Origin: Cenococcum geophilum
Taxonomy: Eukaryota
Direction of reading: 5' to 3'
DNA: 64,000 nt
NCBI GenBank assembly: GCA_050273025.1
Contig: CP158635.1
Span: 5,084,001-5,148,000 of the forward strand
A program made the position numbers and the translations under genes. This document shows positions 24,561 to 38,750 of this stretch, piece by piece; position 1 is the first letter of the stretch, and every line of letters begins with the position of its first letter. The notes beneath the pieces are model-generated. The model had not been told where the DNA came from, did no database searches, and saw nothing but the letters and a program-made list of their open reading frames with translations.

Positions 24561-25997
24561 AATTATTTAGAAGATCTATTAATGAGAGGGACATATAAAA
24601 GAAAGGTAGATTGCACTATAGATAGAGCCTCTAAGAAGCCAAAGAAATAAGAAATTTCTTATAAGAAAAGATTTTCATAATTACGTTTATGTTTTCTAGC
24701 GCTGAGAATTAAAGCGCCAATTAGGATTTCCTTAGCTTGGTATTGTTTTTCTATCTAGTTACTTCTATATTAAGAGTATCTTATTATCGTTTATATATAC
24801 GTTAAATTAAAGTTAAGAACTCGCTTATAGTAAGCTTATAAGTCCTCCACCTTTATATACTTAGCAGCAATAAGTTAGCCGCCCTATAACTTGCTTAGTC
24901 CTCTATAAAGAATTAAAGTTAAGGTATTAAAGTCTTTGGCGTTTTTATGGGTAACTAGGGTGTGGGTTAACTCTAAATTTTATATTAATAAGGTGGGAAT
25001 ATTAAGGATAAATATAGGATATCTCTCTTAATATTGAAAATGGGATCTTATTCTAAGAACTGGATCTAATTCTAAAGACTATATCCTATCCCAATTTTAA
25101 GCTAAACGTACTAAACGTAGCTAAAAAGGTATAGCGTTAAGCCAAGCGGTTTAATGGTCTTAGAAGAGAGGAGCTATTTTTAGTTATAGCTTAAGTTATA
25201 ATTCTAGGAACGGAATCTAATTCTAAAACTAAGATCCTAATTTAGGTTCATGAAGTAGACTAATTAACTACTATAAAAAGGGCGCGATCCTAAAAAAGGA
25301 TCCGGTTCTAAGAACTGGATCCTGGTTATAGGAAATAGGTTGATTACGCGCTGTGAAATAGGGTTGGCTATATCTGTATTTGGTATATTAGGTTTAGCTT
25401 ATTTTAGGACTAGCTATGTAATTAATTATAGGTGCTTATATAACCAACCCAATAATTAACCCGCTATTGCTAGCTGTACCTTACCTAGCGCCTTTTAGTA
25501 TTGCTATATTAGAGCCTTACTCTATTTAAGCCTTATATATCGCGGAACAAACTAAAAGCTAATAACTATAATTACTAATAAATGCTGCCTATAACTTTCT
25601 AATAATACCAGAACCCTATATACGCACTATATTTTTAACCTATATAACTAGGACTATAAATAATATTTCCTACACTTTAGGTTATTATAGCTTAGTATTT
25701 AACTAAGCCCTATAAAGCCTCGGTTTAAGCCATATTAAATTAGCTTAACTTTTCTATACCTAATCTTTAATCCTTTGTGTGTTTACTCACACCTTACTTC
25801 CTTCCTTATACTTTTTTCCCTGGTTATTTTCTTATTATAAGACACTACCGACGTGTTCTTGACCTTCTTATACTTATTTAATTCTCTACTATTATATCGT
25901 CCGTTATATACTAGCCTCTTTAATCTCCCCTTTTTGCCTACCTATTTGCCTACTACGCCGGCCACCCTAATATAGCTTTTATTGCGTTTGCCTATAA

Positions 25998-28384
25998 TAG
26001 CGAATCTCTTTAAATTAGAGATAATTAAAACGAAACCTATTAGGGAAGGACTAAATAACTTTTGCGATTTATTTAACTTAACTTATTAGAATCTAGGCAT
26101 CTTTAGCTCTTTAAACTTATTACACTAAATAGGCAATAAAGGTAATTGTTAATTAGTCTACTATAGGTCCCGTCTAACATATATAGGGCTTAAGAATCTT
26201 ATTATTAACCTTGTTCTAATATTATAAAACCTTTCTACTACTTAACTACTCCCGTCTAGCGCTAGCCGCGGTACTCTTTATAGTAACCTTCTTTAATTCC
26301 TCCCTTTGGTTAATTCTAATAACTTTAATATTAAACAGTTTACCCCTCTCCTAAAAACAGTTCTTAATTATAAATTAGATAAGGACGTTTAGAGTAAAAC
26401 TATCGCCACCATTACAGAGCCTACGCCTCCCCCCCAACCGCTACTATTCCACGTTTAAACCCCATATCTATATAACATAAGTAGCTTCGCTAACTCGTCT
26501 AAATATAGGAAATATATAGATGATATTTTAAAGGAGGAGCTAGGCCCTCTTTACGTGGGGATTCCTAGCTTATATAAAGCATTCTTTAGGGGAGTAGAAG
26601 GTCTTAAAGAGGCAAGCGCCGCCGTTTTTAAGAAATGTAAGGAAGGGGATAATCTACTATACGCTAATAAGGGCGGCTGGCGTAACTGGCCTAAAAGCGC
26701 AGAGTAAGATAATATCCTAGAGTAGTTTAATAACCTAATTAAATTATTTTTAGGCTTTATAGAGGAGTATAGGTCTGCCCTAAAGATATAATAAAAGCTT
26801 ATTATATATACTGAGCAGCCCTTATAAGGGTCTACGGCGAAGCGAAAGCTAGATATTAGTTTTATAGATAATCTAATAGCTAGTAAAGGCTCTTAATGCT
26901 ATTAGTTATATATACTTATACTAGGAGAGCTAAAGAGTAATCTAAACACTAATATAGCCTTGTAGGTATGGTTTGCTTTAGGGAAATATATAAGGGAAGT
27001 CTTCGCCGCTTAGGATAATTGTCGCTTTATCTTAGGTTTTACCCTCTATAGATCTATTATACGGCTATAGAAGTATAACTGGGTAAAAGGCATTGCATTA
27101 TTACTATTTAATATTAATAAAGACGGACTATAATTTACCTTGGCGATATTAGGGTTTCTTTTAATAAATAAAGAGCAGCTCGGGTTTAACCCTACTATTT
27201 TGATATTAAACGGCAAATGATATATTGAGGTCGTGCGTAACGATTAGACTAAACATCTTATTTTTAATAAACTCATAAAGCGGGCACCCTGCATTGCCGG
27301 TTAGGCGATAATTTACTAGAAAGCGCACTATGAGGGTAATACCTCTAAGATACCTCTCGTTATTAAAGACTTATAGCAGTACCTAGAGCGTAAGGAAGAA
27401 GGTGAACTGCTACGTAAAGCAGCGGAGAAAGGAGTAATTAACGTAGCCAGGTACTATTACTATAGGACTATTTATATAGGTGGATAAGATAATGATATCT
27501 TTAATATCTATAAAGGGCTGGATATTACTAAAGCGATAAACTATAAGCCTAAAAGCTTAATAGTACCTCTAAGCGTAGCTAAAGTGTAAGGTAGTATAAG
27601 GAAAGGCTAAAGCACTAGTAAAAAGAGGTCGTCTAGCTATACTAACGCCCTATTACCGCCTAATAAGCACCCATATTTAAGCTCTCTAATTAAGCGCCCT
27701 ATTATATAGAATTAGGTGCATTAACGCGTTATTACTTACGACTATAAAAAGGCTCTTTATAAGGCAAGCTCTCTAGCTACAATACTTACTACGCTAAAGG
27801 GTGGCATTAAAGGATATAAGTCTTTATATACGTAGGCTAGCATCCTCTAACGTGACATTTTAATAGGCAACCTCTTAATAAATAAGGAAGACGATAATCC
27901 CTTCTAGAAGTTATTCTTAATTGATCTCAATCTCGCGATTAAAGAGAAGCGAGAAGGACCTTTAGGAGTATAGGGTAAGACCAGTATAAAAGCGTTTATG
28001 GCTATAGGAGTGCTTCTAGGCGAGAAACACTCCTTTAGGTATAATTTGGAGTTGTTCTTTTAGGTGCTTTTCTGGATATGCGTATACTATAATAGGCTAG
28101 GTAAAGATATCGGTCCAACTAAGTTTAAGTGTTAGAACTATAAGAATACCACTAAGTTAGCTAAGTTAAAATTGGGGCTAGTAAATAGGAAAGGGCATTT
28201 TCTTAACTATATAGCTAAGGCATTTACACCTTACTACTAGCCGCTAGTCCTATGGGTTAATAAGGTGTAGAAGGTAGTTTTCCTAATAGATAGAAAGTGG
28301 GAGAAGGAAGATAGGGCGCTTTATTTTTAGATAAAAGAGATTCTCTAGCAAGTATAGAAGGATCTAGAAGTATTAGCAGAGTAG
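25998..28384 (+). pseudogene. Fungal-specific protein kinase (FunK1 / Pkinase_fungal), Starship cargo
   Basis: De-RIP motifs NTSSFANSSEYRKYVDDILKEELG, WSHILVPGELKSN, FVLGFTLCG, LVIKDSWQY, QRDISIGNLL (~27848), FLIDLDLA (~27914), GKTGT.AFMAIGVLLGEKHSFRHDLESFFWVLFWIC. Confidence 0.92.
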
Positions 28385-28698
28385 ATAGAATAATATTTTA
28401 TTATCCTATATTCTTCTACCGCATAAGTTAAAGTTTTGTAGAGATTTGGGCGGCTAAGGCTAGGTAGTAGCCTTAATTAAAACGCATATAAAATAGCGTT
28501 GGGCGAGTTGCCTGGGCTAAATAAAACTCGGAAGAGTGGATAACCTAATCTTCCGCTAGATTATTAGGTCCCTATACCCTATTATCCCATATAGGCTTTA
28601 TTTTTTTATAAAGCGCGTAATCTACTCTCTAGCCTATTAGAAGCCGCTTTATACCGCCTAAATAGAGGCTATAAGAGAATTAATCCCATCTTCTAACC

Positions 28699-28979
28699 AA
28701 TCCCCTACTTAAATAAGTCCCCTACTTAAACAAATCCCCTATAGGAGCGATTGCCCACATATTTCGCCGCCCTATGGGAATTAGTCCCCTACTCTAATAA
28801 ATCCCCTACGGGATTTAGTCCCCTACTTCAACAAATCCCCTATACTAATAAATCCCCCACGTTAACAAATCCCCTACTTTAATAAATCCCCTATACTAAT
28901 AAATCCCCTGCTCTAATAAATCCCCTACTCTAATAAATCCCCTACGCTAATAAATCCCTTACTCTAACGAATCCCCTAT
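28699..28979 (+). repeat. 17-bp minisatellite, consensus AATCCCCTACTCTAATA
   Basis: About 14 units with one interruption at ~28742-28781. Confidence 0.9.
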
Positions 28980-31900
28980 AGGTGCTAATGCCTATATATT
29001 CTACCGCCCTACGGGAACTAATCCCTTGCGGCTTGCACTTCTATATAGCTTTTACTCCCCTATGGGAGCCTACAGCCACGTTTTTCTCTCCCCTACGGGA
29101 ACTAATGCCCTATGACTTCCGTTCTCCTATTTCCAGATCCACTAGCAATTTGCCCTTATTATGGCCTACTATATAGGCCTTATTATTATAGGAGTAAGCA
29201 AGTATATATGCTTATACCCCGTATAGGAATGAAAGCCATTTACGCACTAGTTACCCGTAATTGCGGTTTTAGGAGGGCAGTAGGTACCTCGGGTTATCTA
29301 GTTATATTTGTTAGAATATAGGCCTATAACTATAAAAGACACTATTGCTTATACGAAAGTACCATAGCTGCTATAAGTATTGGCCTAGCCTAGTATATAA
29401 ATCTAGACGCGAAAGGAGGCGCGGTAGCCTAGGTGGCTTTATTAAGCTCCTATATATATATCTCCAATTGCTCTAAAGCTTCCTTTCTACCTTCTATAAA
29501 CGCTATATCGCCGGAATAGGCTCTAGACCTTGTTAATGCTCCCTTATACTTAAATTCCGCCAGAATTACTCTACCACTATAGTAGCTAGGTTTGCCTAAA
29601 AAAAGCTGATTAAATAAATTATATATAGGAACCGTAAGCTAGCGAATATCGGGTATAATATACACAATGGTGATAATTTTATAAATCTTTAAGATATTAG
29701 GGACCTGCTCACCTAATATATAGGCAATTACTTACCTTTACCTCTCTTAAATTTTCTTCTTTCTATCCTATATAGGAGACCTTTTCTCTTTTCTCTTCCT
29801 TAAGGATAGTTTCCCCTACCATTAGAACCTAATAGATTGAAGTTTTGCCTATATTAGGCGTATCTATTATAGGGATAGGTATCTAGGGGTAGTAGTTAGA
29901 TTATTAATAATATAGAAGGGGTAGGTTATATACTGCTTGCCTTTAGCGGGTATATTATAGTTACTGGCCTTTAGAGGTCTTTAAAGGTCTTTAAAAGTCT
30001 TTAGAGGTCCTTAGAGGCCTTTAATAGTCTTTTTATATATTAGTTAGTAAAATACTAAGCGGAGGTTATGTATGTATGTCTATAAGGCTAAGCTATATAA
30101 TAATTCTTATTAAAGTAACGAGAGTGTATATGGATTTAAGCTAGGCTACAAACGATATAAAATGCGAAGTTGCGTATAAAGGTAGCCTAAATCCAAATCA
30201 CTAGACCGCATAAATATGGGAAGATGCCACTTGCTCTGCATTTTTATTCTTACGTATAAAGAAGTTCCCGCTATATATTATAGGTGGTAAAGATTAGTAA
30301 AGGTCTTAACCTAACTTAGGGTCGCTAAATGGTAAGAAAGGGGTAAATAGACATGTTGCACCCCGGCTTATAAAACTTAGGTGTATTGCCCCTTAGCTAC
30401 CCTAGTTACCTAACTACAATAAAAGCTTGCAGATATGTATAAGATAATAATATTCTTAACAGCCCCCGCCCCTAATCGTCCTTAGAGAGATATTTAGAAC
30501 TACTCCTTTTCCTAGCCTAGTTTATAATGTTTAGATTAACCCCTAATATAGCAACTACTAAATTTATCTTATAACTTATAGACCTTGCTAAGAAGCTTAA
30601 ACGGGTTATTAGAAGTGTCCCGCGCTCTTATATATATCCTATAAAAAGCAACTATCGGATAATTGAGGATTTAGGTGTAAGGCTTTTTAAGGCTATAAAA
30701 AAGCTCCTAGTAGAGATTGAAGCACTTAAAAAAAGACGTATAGAGTTGGCTTATAAGGAGGGCAAATAGCGGTTAAACCAGGCATAAGAGAATAGAAAAG
30801 ATACTATTACTAGTTTAAACTTAAAGAATTGAGGGATATTCGCAAAAAATATAGCACTTTTCTTTAGCGGTCTAAAGGATTTAGTTATTAATTCGGATGT
30901 AACCTAAATAAGGAAGTAGGCGACCTAAGAAAGGTACGAGCGGATTTATAGCCTAAGTCCTAACAGGATAATTTCCTAAGCAGCGGCCTTTAACCCTACC
31001 GTATGGACGGCAAATTTGATATTAAAGGATATATTCGACTTTATAGTTGAGCGGATTAACCTAGAGGATATTTAGGTGTGGCTATCTAATATATATTATA
31101 TACTAAATAGTTTAGGAACTAAAGAGCCGTTATAAGAATCCTAAAAATATTATAAGTTCCTAAAAGGTAAGGTCTACTTTAGCAAGAACTTTTAAGCACG
31201 AAGCTGACGGCTACTAGCCGCCATAGAAGACAGGGAAAAACCTATAGTATTAAATCAGTTAAGGAAACGGAGGCGTATTAATAAGCCTATATATAGATAT
31301 AAGTAGGATTCACCTTCGTTGTATTAAAGGCTATGCTAATAATATATACTATAGAAATTTAATACGCATTTATAAACGCGCCTACTAATTATATCCCCCT
31401 TTTGGGCGACTTTCTTTCTAAGGCAGTCCAGACTAGTAATTAATAGGAAAAGGAAAGAAGACTAGGACTTTTAATAACAGAATGTTTAACTACGCTAATT
31501 CCTAAAGAAGAAAATATAGATATCTCTATTACCCTCTAGGTTGGTTATTAAGAGGCGGTTCTAATATACGACTTATTTAAGCTCTAGCAGACTTAGGTAT
31601 TATCTTTACCTAGCCATCTATTACCTTAACCCTATACCCAGCAGGAATAGGATGCGATTTATCTTATATAATGTCTTTAAGTAGTTTAGTGCCTTTGGGT
31701 GCTTTAGGATTAGAGATCCTAATAAATATGCCTCTGAATATTATTGTTTGATTGTAATCTACCACATTAAATATATAGAATAATATATAGTCTAGCTTTT
31801 CTCCCTCCCTAACCTATATATAAATCCCAAGTTAGCTTAAAGTTTATTTAACTAGGTTTGGCTTTAATAGACCTTTCTAAAAATATAATAAATTTTATAA

Positions 31901-33439
31901 AGGTATAACTCTAAGAGGGAATATATTGCCGGTAAATAAATAGTATAAATTTAGACAAAGCTAAGCTCTATTTAGGAGTAGTATATGTTCTCTATATAGG
32001 TTCGCGCTATTAAAAAGGACCTAAAGTAGGGGGAAATAGTAACCTAAGGATTGTAGGTAAGGGCGTTAAAGTTATTATAGAAATGGGCCCTAGAAGGTTC
32101 TAGCAGGAAATATACTAGTTAGGAAGTAAATAAAGGCTATATCTTACGTAATAGATTTAGTAGCCTATTCTATTAGCTAAGGAAGAACTAATGCGGGTGA
32201 TAGTAAGTATATAGCTTCTGCGCAATAAAGAGATTAAAGAGGTATAAAAGAGGTAAATTATATACTTAAATAGAGTAGAGCGGAAAGGATTTAAGAATAT
32301 AAATAAGTTATAGAGTCTAATAGGCGTATAAATGCTTAAGGCATTAGTGCCTGATAAGAGATTAATATAAAAATGATTTGGGCGGCGTCAGCTTAGCCTA
32401 GCTTACGCCCTACTCTATATAATTAGCAAGCATTAGCCTTTATAAAAAAAGTCGGCTTCGTGTCTAGTAAAGAAGAAAATTTAAGGCGTCTATAATTATA
32501 GTAGCGGTAGAATTAAAGAAGTTTTTTAATGTATAGTCTTTTACCGCAGTTAGTATAGCGTCTATTAACCTAGCGTAATGTGTATTAAATGCTATGCATG
32601 CACGCGTATAAAACTAGGCTTAATCCTATATGCCTACTTTTGCCTACTATATTAGAATTAGTTTTATAACCGCCTTTTACGCGACTAGTAGTAAAAGGCC
32701 AAGTTGAACAAAATCACCCTCTTAAGCACTATATTCTGCTTCCTGCAGATATTTTTAAGCGCCTTTATAATTTCCTATTTTAATACTAAGATTAATAGAG
32801 AAAGTATGGTTCTTTTTACGTGATTTCCTAATTGTATATAGTGTATTCTTAGTATAGTAAAATTTAATAGCCGAGCCCCTAAATAGATTAACTAACCAAC
32901 GCTTAGTACTATAGAAGGCCTAGGCTTGGTAAATAACGTACACTAGCCTACTTAGCGAGAGCTCTTTTATGATGACTTGGCCCTAAACTTGAGCTAAATA
33001 TATTTATAAATTGTCATCTTATCTAGATTCTCCGCTGAACTCCGCCATAACTGTCCTATTATAGTGTGATGGAATTTAGCTCTAACACGGTTAGGGTATC
33101 CTACTATGCTAGAGTATATGTCTAACTACTCTCTTGGTATTATAAAAAGGGATAGAGATAATGATCCTAACGCTTATATACTACTCTAGCAGTATTATAT
33201 TATATTCGCCTATTCCCCGGCTAGGATTTTTTTTAAAGTTCCCTTATAGACAGCTTTTATATAAAATTAAATAATCCTATTATGCGACTTACGTTTATCC
33301 TCTATATACCATCCTTTTATATACCGCCTATTTTGGTTTCTATTTTGGATAATCCTATATTTTATAGCCCTTATTTCTTCCTCCGTAATATCATTCTATC
33401 CTTTAGGGAAATTTTAGAGGTGGCCTAGCAGCAGAGATC

Positions 33440-34540
33440 TAAGCTTAATCTAGACTTAGTCCTATTTATAGTTAATCTAAAAAACAGTCTAAATAGGAGA
33501 GAAATCTACCTTAAAGTCTTTAAATTCCTTTTACTATTTTATGCTATCTACCGTATATCCTATATTATTAGTAAACTCTCTTTTATTTACTGGGATACGC
33601 TATATGGATAGTTGGAAAATATATATATAAAGAAAGATTTTTAGATAATCTTAATATTCTAGTATAGGGACTTCCTCCTTTATTTTAAACCCGCATTTAG
33701 TATAAAAAGTCTTACTACTTACTGCGGAAGAAATGCTAAGCGAAATACTATTAAGAACTAAAATCGCTTTAAACTAGTATATAAAGGCTTTAGTATACCC
33801 ACGCCCCCGGTATTTTAGGTATAGTATTAGTATTTAAAGTATGTAGTAGGGCCTGGATTTATAGAGCTACCTATTATTTAAGTAAAAAGTTTAGAATTAA
33901 TCCTAAGATTTAAGGGGGTAAGGTATTATATTTTAACTTAGCTGAATTAGTATATTTTATATAGAGCAATATAGCTTCTTTACTCTTGTCTTACTTTAGG
34001 TTTAGGACTTCCTCCTATAGCTTATTAATATCTACGTTAGTATTAATAAAGCCTTATAATTGCCGTAATACTTAATAATATTTACTTTCTAGCTAAAACT
34101 GCCCGCTCCGATTGGAACCTTTTAGTAGGGATAAGATCGTAATACTAATAATTATAGACTCGGCATTCTCTATGGGCGGATATATACTTTTAAGTGCGTT
34201 GTAAACCATCTTATATTTATTATTTTTAAAAGTATTGTCTATAATAAGTATGATTCTATCCAGATTTTTAATTTCTTATCCAAAAAGGTTTTTAAAGCTC
34301 GTTAGTGTATCTCTTAGAAATTTAGTATAGTGTAGTCTCTAATATTGCTATATAGGGGAGGAAAAGTATACGGCAGTGGTAATAAGTGCTATTTGTTTTG
34401 CCTTAGAGACCTCCGCCTTATAAAGACGCCCTAAAATAGGCACTTTAAACATCACTAACTGGCTTTCTCTCTGTATAGGGAGAATATGACTTAGAAAAGA
34501 GCGGTAGAAGAAATAGTTTAGGAAGTATATAAAGATTAGA
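33440..34540 (-). pseudogene. GNAT-family N-acetyltransferase, Starship cargo
   Basis: Minus strand de-RIP: IALITTAAYFSSPIWQYWR...PRDT, motif A LMLHPKYRGRGYAKAF (~33785-33830), motif B FYTKCGF (~33687-33707). Confidence 0.8.
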
Positions 34541-36949
34541 AGGACTCTAGAGATTGCTATAAAGTAAAGAAAGGGTAAATATACTTAGTGTGGGCTAATA
34601 AGGTTTAACTCCTATAGACTAATTACTAGATTATACTAGGAATTATAGCGTAGAGATTAGAGCTAAGTATCCTTTTATATTAGTCTACGGTTATATAATT
34701 TCCGATTATATAGGAGAAAGGGAGCATTGTTTATAAAATAGGTTTGCTAGTTACTATTATAAGGGCATAGAATAAATATATCTCAACGTGTATATAGGGC
34801 GAAAATTGATACACTTAGGTGGCTAGGGTAGACGAGGGGCTATACACCTAGTCCTAGAAGTAAGGACTTTAATAGTATACATTCCTATAACGCATCTCCT
34901 TTATTATCTCCTATCTTGGCCGCGTGTTAAGTAGTATATATATACTATAAATTCTAAAATAGCTCTAATATTAGAATCCATACATTGCCCATACTTTACC
35001 TAGACAGAAAATCGTTATTATTACCTTATAAAATGTGCGACTATATTTAAATAACGCTTAAATGCAGCCATTTCATTAATAGAGTAAAAATATAATACCT
35101 AAAATACTAAGAGACCTGTAAACTATGTCCTCCTAATATTATAGGAATATAAGCACAGAGACCTTTTAATCTAATCTAGGGTTATTACTTACGGCGTGAT
35201 TTAGAGATAACTACCTAGATAGAAACTGCCGTAAGCTTTAAAGTAGCTAAAAAGATTAAATAATCGGCTTATTAAAACGCACAGTGGATTATTAATTAAA
35301 ATTATAGATAGAGCAGAGGATATAATTTGGCTAAAAGGTGTTATAAGGAAACTGTTTAAACTAGCTAGACATTTTTATGTTAGGGTATATTTTACAAGTC
35401 TAAACCTTTAAAAATTTACCTTTTATGTTAACTCCTCGCAATCCCTTGGTAATCTCTTAGCAATCCCATTATAGCCCTATAATAACCTTATAAGACTCTT
35501 ATAGGACTTCTACGGGACTCCTCTAGAACTCCTATAGGACTCCTATAGGAATCCCCTAGCGATCCTATAGCAATCCCTAGGACCTCTATCTCTAAAATCT
35601 ACTTATCATTTTAGAGGACAGATATTAGTACCTAAATAAGGTTATTTTCCCTCTAAACTTAACCTTCCTTATTTTTAAACTAAGAGTCTAATACCTACCA
35701 GACCTCTAATTGCCCCTAGTCTAATTAAGGCACAGATTTCGTAGCCCCTACTTTATAACTAGCACACTCCTTTAGATTTCACTACTAGTGTTTTGCGGTA
35801 TATAAGAATTTAAACACTTCCCTAAGGATATCATTTTAGCTTAAGCTTAAGCTTAAGTCTTCTTTGATCTTGGCCTAAAGCAGTTAAATCTAGTAAGTAT
35901 TACCTAGAGGGTTAACAAAATAAGCTTATATATATTTAAGCTAGAGATATTAGATGTTAATAGTTAATTATTAAAGTTGATATGCGATAACATTTATTAA
36001 TCTCACTAGGCAAAGCATTACGTGTACCAGAGGCTTTAGATTACAGCTATACTCTACTAAACCTGCCCCGCGCGGCTTAAAATTTTAAGCAGTAAAATAA
36101 TAATAACCTTAAACTAACGGCAGAATGACTAAGTAATAAGCATATAGATATTAAAGTTATTAAATGTAGCGGGCAAGGGCTTTTTACAAAAGAAGATCTT
36201 AGCGAGGCTTTATAAGCTTTTGTAAAAGACAGGTTTCTTATTTTTAAAAAAGCTATAAGTATTAAGCTTTCTTTAGCGGAGTTATCGGAGTTATTAAGCT
36301 TTATTAAAAGGGAGATTATCTTAAATAAGGTAAGCTATTTCTAAAGTTTGTAAGTAAGACTAATATCCCTCTAGGCTATTAAAACAATACTTTTCTTGGC
36401 TTAAGATAATGGCTTTTATATTACCGCCTACTTTTTATTTAAACCTGCTTTAACCTATAAAGAGTTAGGGCGCGATTATAAATAGAAAAAAATAGCTTCT
36501 ATTAAAGATCTTATAGGGGCTATATACTATTATTTAGGAGGAGATTAAAATATTACATAGATATTCCAGGTTAATGTATATTCTTATAGAGTAGCTACTA
36601 GAAAAATAGTAAATGTTAAGGCTAATAGAGGTAATATATATATACTCTTAAACCCTATAAACATTTTCACATTTACTAAACTTCCTCTAGCTTTATTTAC
36701 TATCACTAGCTATTATAGTTAAGACCTTTCCTTAAGAATAAACCACCTTTCTTAGTATACGTAATTGTGGTTTTATATATATAGACCGGGTATCCTAGGC
36801 GCAGAGTGCTAGATAATTAAACTGGTAATAAGATTCTAGAGTAGTTTAGAAATAATTGCTCTAGAAATAGCAAATATATAGTTTAAAAGCGATAACTATA
36901 TTAAGTGGTATATAAAAGGAATAAAGATTATCGCTTATAGCTAGCTATA

Positions 36950-38750
36950 GATTCTCCTATATATCCCTCTACTAAAGTATTAAATATTACTTCGAGCCTA
37001 GACGAGAACTAGTAGCGCATAATTAAAAGTAGATTTAGTTTAAAAGGGGGGCGATCTAGCGAGCTTAGGAGGTGGTTCTATAAATCACACTAATACGCTT
37101 TAGTTAGTGCTAGGCTATAGCGGGGATTTTAAAAGGCTTACGCCAGGCCTATAATGTTTAAGTCTAGATTAGAGAGTAATATATTTATTATACTAGGACC
37201 CTTTAGGGAGAATAACTGCTATATTAACTTTAATAGAAGGTTAAAGGGTGTCGCGTTAAACGTGTTCTAATAAAATAACTATACTTCTGCTAGAGAATTA
37301 AAGGGTACCGCATTTAACAGGTTTAAATTATTCTGGGAGAATAGTAGCTGCATTAGTTTTAGTAAATCGTTAAAGGGCGTGGTATTAAATATATTCTAGC
37401 GAAATAACTATACTTACCTTATCGCATTTAAAGTATTCCAGTCATCCTATAGGGGCAGCTACTGCATCGGCTCTTATAGATCGTTAAAGGGAGTAGCATT
37501 AAACGTGTTCTAATAAAATAACCGTACTTACTCCGCTAAAGAATTAATAGTTACCGCACTTAACGAGCTCGAATTGCCCTAGGAGAATAGCGGCTGCATT
37601 AGCTCTGGTAAATTATTAAAGGGCATAGCATTAAATATGTCCTAATTACAATTAAAGGGCGTAGCATTAAACGTGTTCTAATTAGGTAGCTGCACTAGTT
37701 CTATTAGAGAACTTAAGGGTGCTACACTTAACGTGCGCCCAAACAGCTCTCTGCGTGGCTGTAATGCCAATTACTTAAACTCTGCTTAAGAACTAGAGGG
37801 CGTTATCTTAAATTTATAAATATTTATATGCCGGGTAAAACTTAACAGTCTTTAGAACTCTTATTCGTATATATGGTAGTATTTATCCGGTTAACTCTTT
37901 TCTTTATAGAACTTCCTTATATATTTCTAGATATTATACGACTTACTAAAACGGCGGGTGTAGAATGGACACAGAAATTTCTTTAAAGGCTCCCTCCCCT
38001 TTTTAAGAGATGATATACAATCTATGGCTTATATATTATTCTCAGTCTAATAATACCTAACATTCCGCTTACTTTAGTAAGGTTTAGAAATCGCAGAGTA
38101 ACCGTGTTTTTGCATTAAAGGTATTGCGACGTATAGGGTTATACTAAATTCCTAAGTTTTAGTAGATGGAGATTAGATAGGTTCTATTACTTATAATTCC
38201 TATACCTCTAAATACGTGTTCTGTATAGCATAGGAGAGATATTTATAGTTCCTGCTGTATAGGGGACCGAAGGCTTTAAACTGTCCCTACTGTAGTCGAT
38301 GACGGATACTCGTCATTTGCGTAGGAGGCTGCTGGGTGCTGTAGGGGAATTAGCGCAGATCTCTAAGGTCGCGGACTTTGTTAAGCTTCGTTACTAAGTA
38401 AAGAGGCTGCCTATAATTAGGAGGAATTGTAATGCTAAAGGAGTTGTTGTGCGGATACTGAGGAAGGTAAAACCAGGGCTTGTTGTCGGCGAGACTAGGG
38501 AAAGATTGGGAGGAATAAGAGCGAGAATCCGGATGATGCGCGTTATATTAGTATGTTATGTGTAGGCTGCAGGGGCTAAGCTTATTAAATGGAGAATTAT
38601 GAGCCGCTAGGGCGGGAGTATTAGAAATAGAAAGCGTGCTAAGCAAGCCTGTGCCTTAGTAAAAGAGGTACTTGGAGACATTAAGGCCTAAGAAGGCGTA
38701 TATAAAAGAAGGCGGCACTACGGATATGGCTGCTGAAACTAATTTTATGA
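36950..38750 (-). pseudogene. C2H2 zinc-finger protein with C-terminal (D/N)TFDATPFD-like repeats
   Basis: 37905-37985 minus reads KKFLCPF(C>Y)TRRFSKSYN.(Q)K(H>Y).RKF(H>Y); each lost ligand is a RIP-type change. Degenerate repeats aaaggg.gt.gcattaaac.tgttc at 37243-37740. Gene ends uncertain. Confidence 0.65.

Noticed and set aside
28982..29321. Two short overlapping ORFs in the track
   Set aside because: They lie in repeat-derived sequence with no recognisable motif.
34090..34115. Kinase-like IGAGSF on the minus strand
   Set aside because: No further kinase subdomains follow; another frame gives coherent GNAT motifs.
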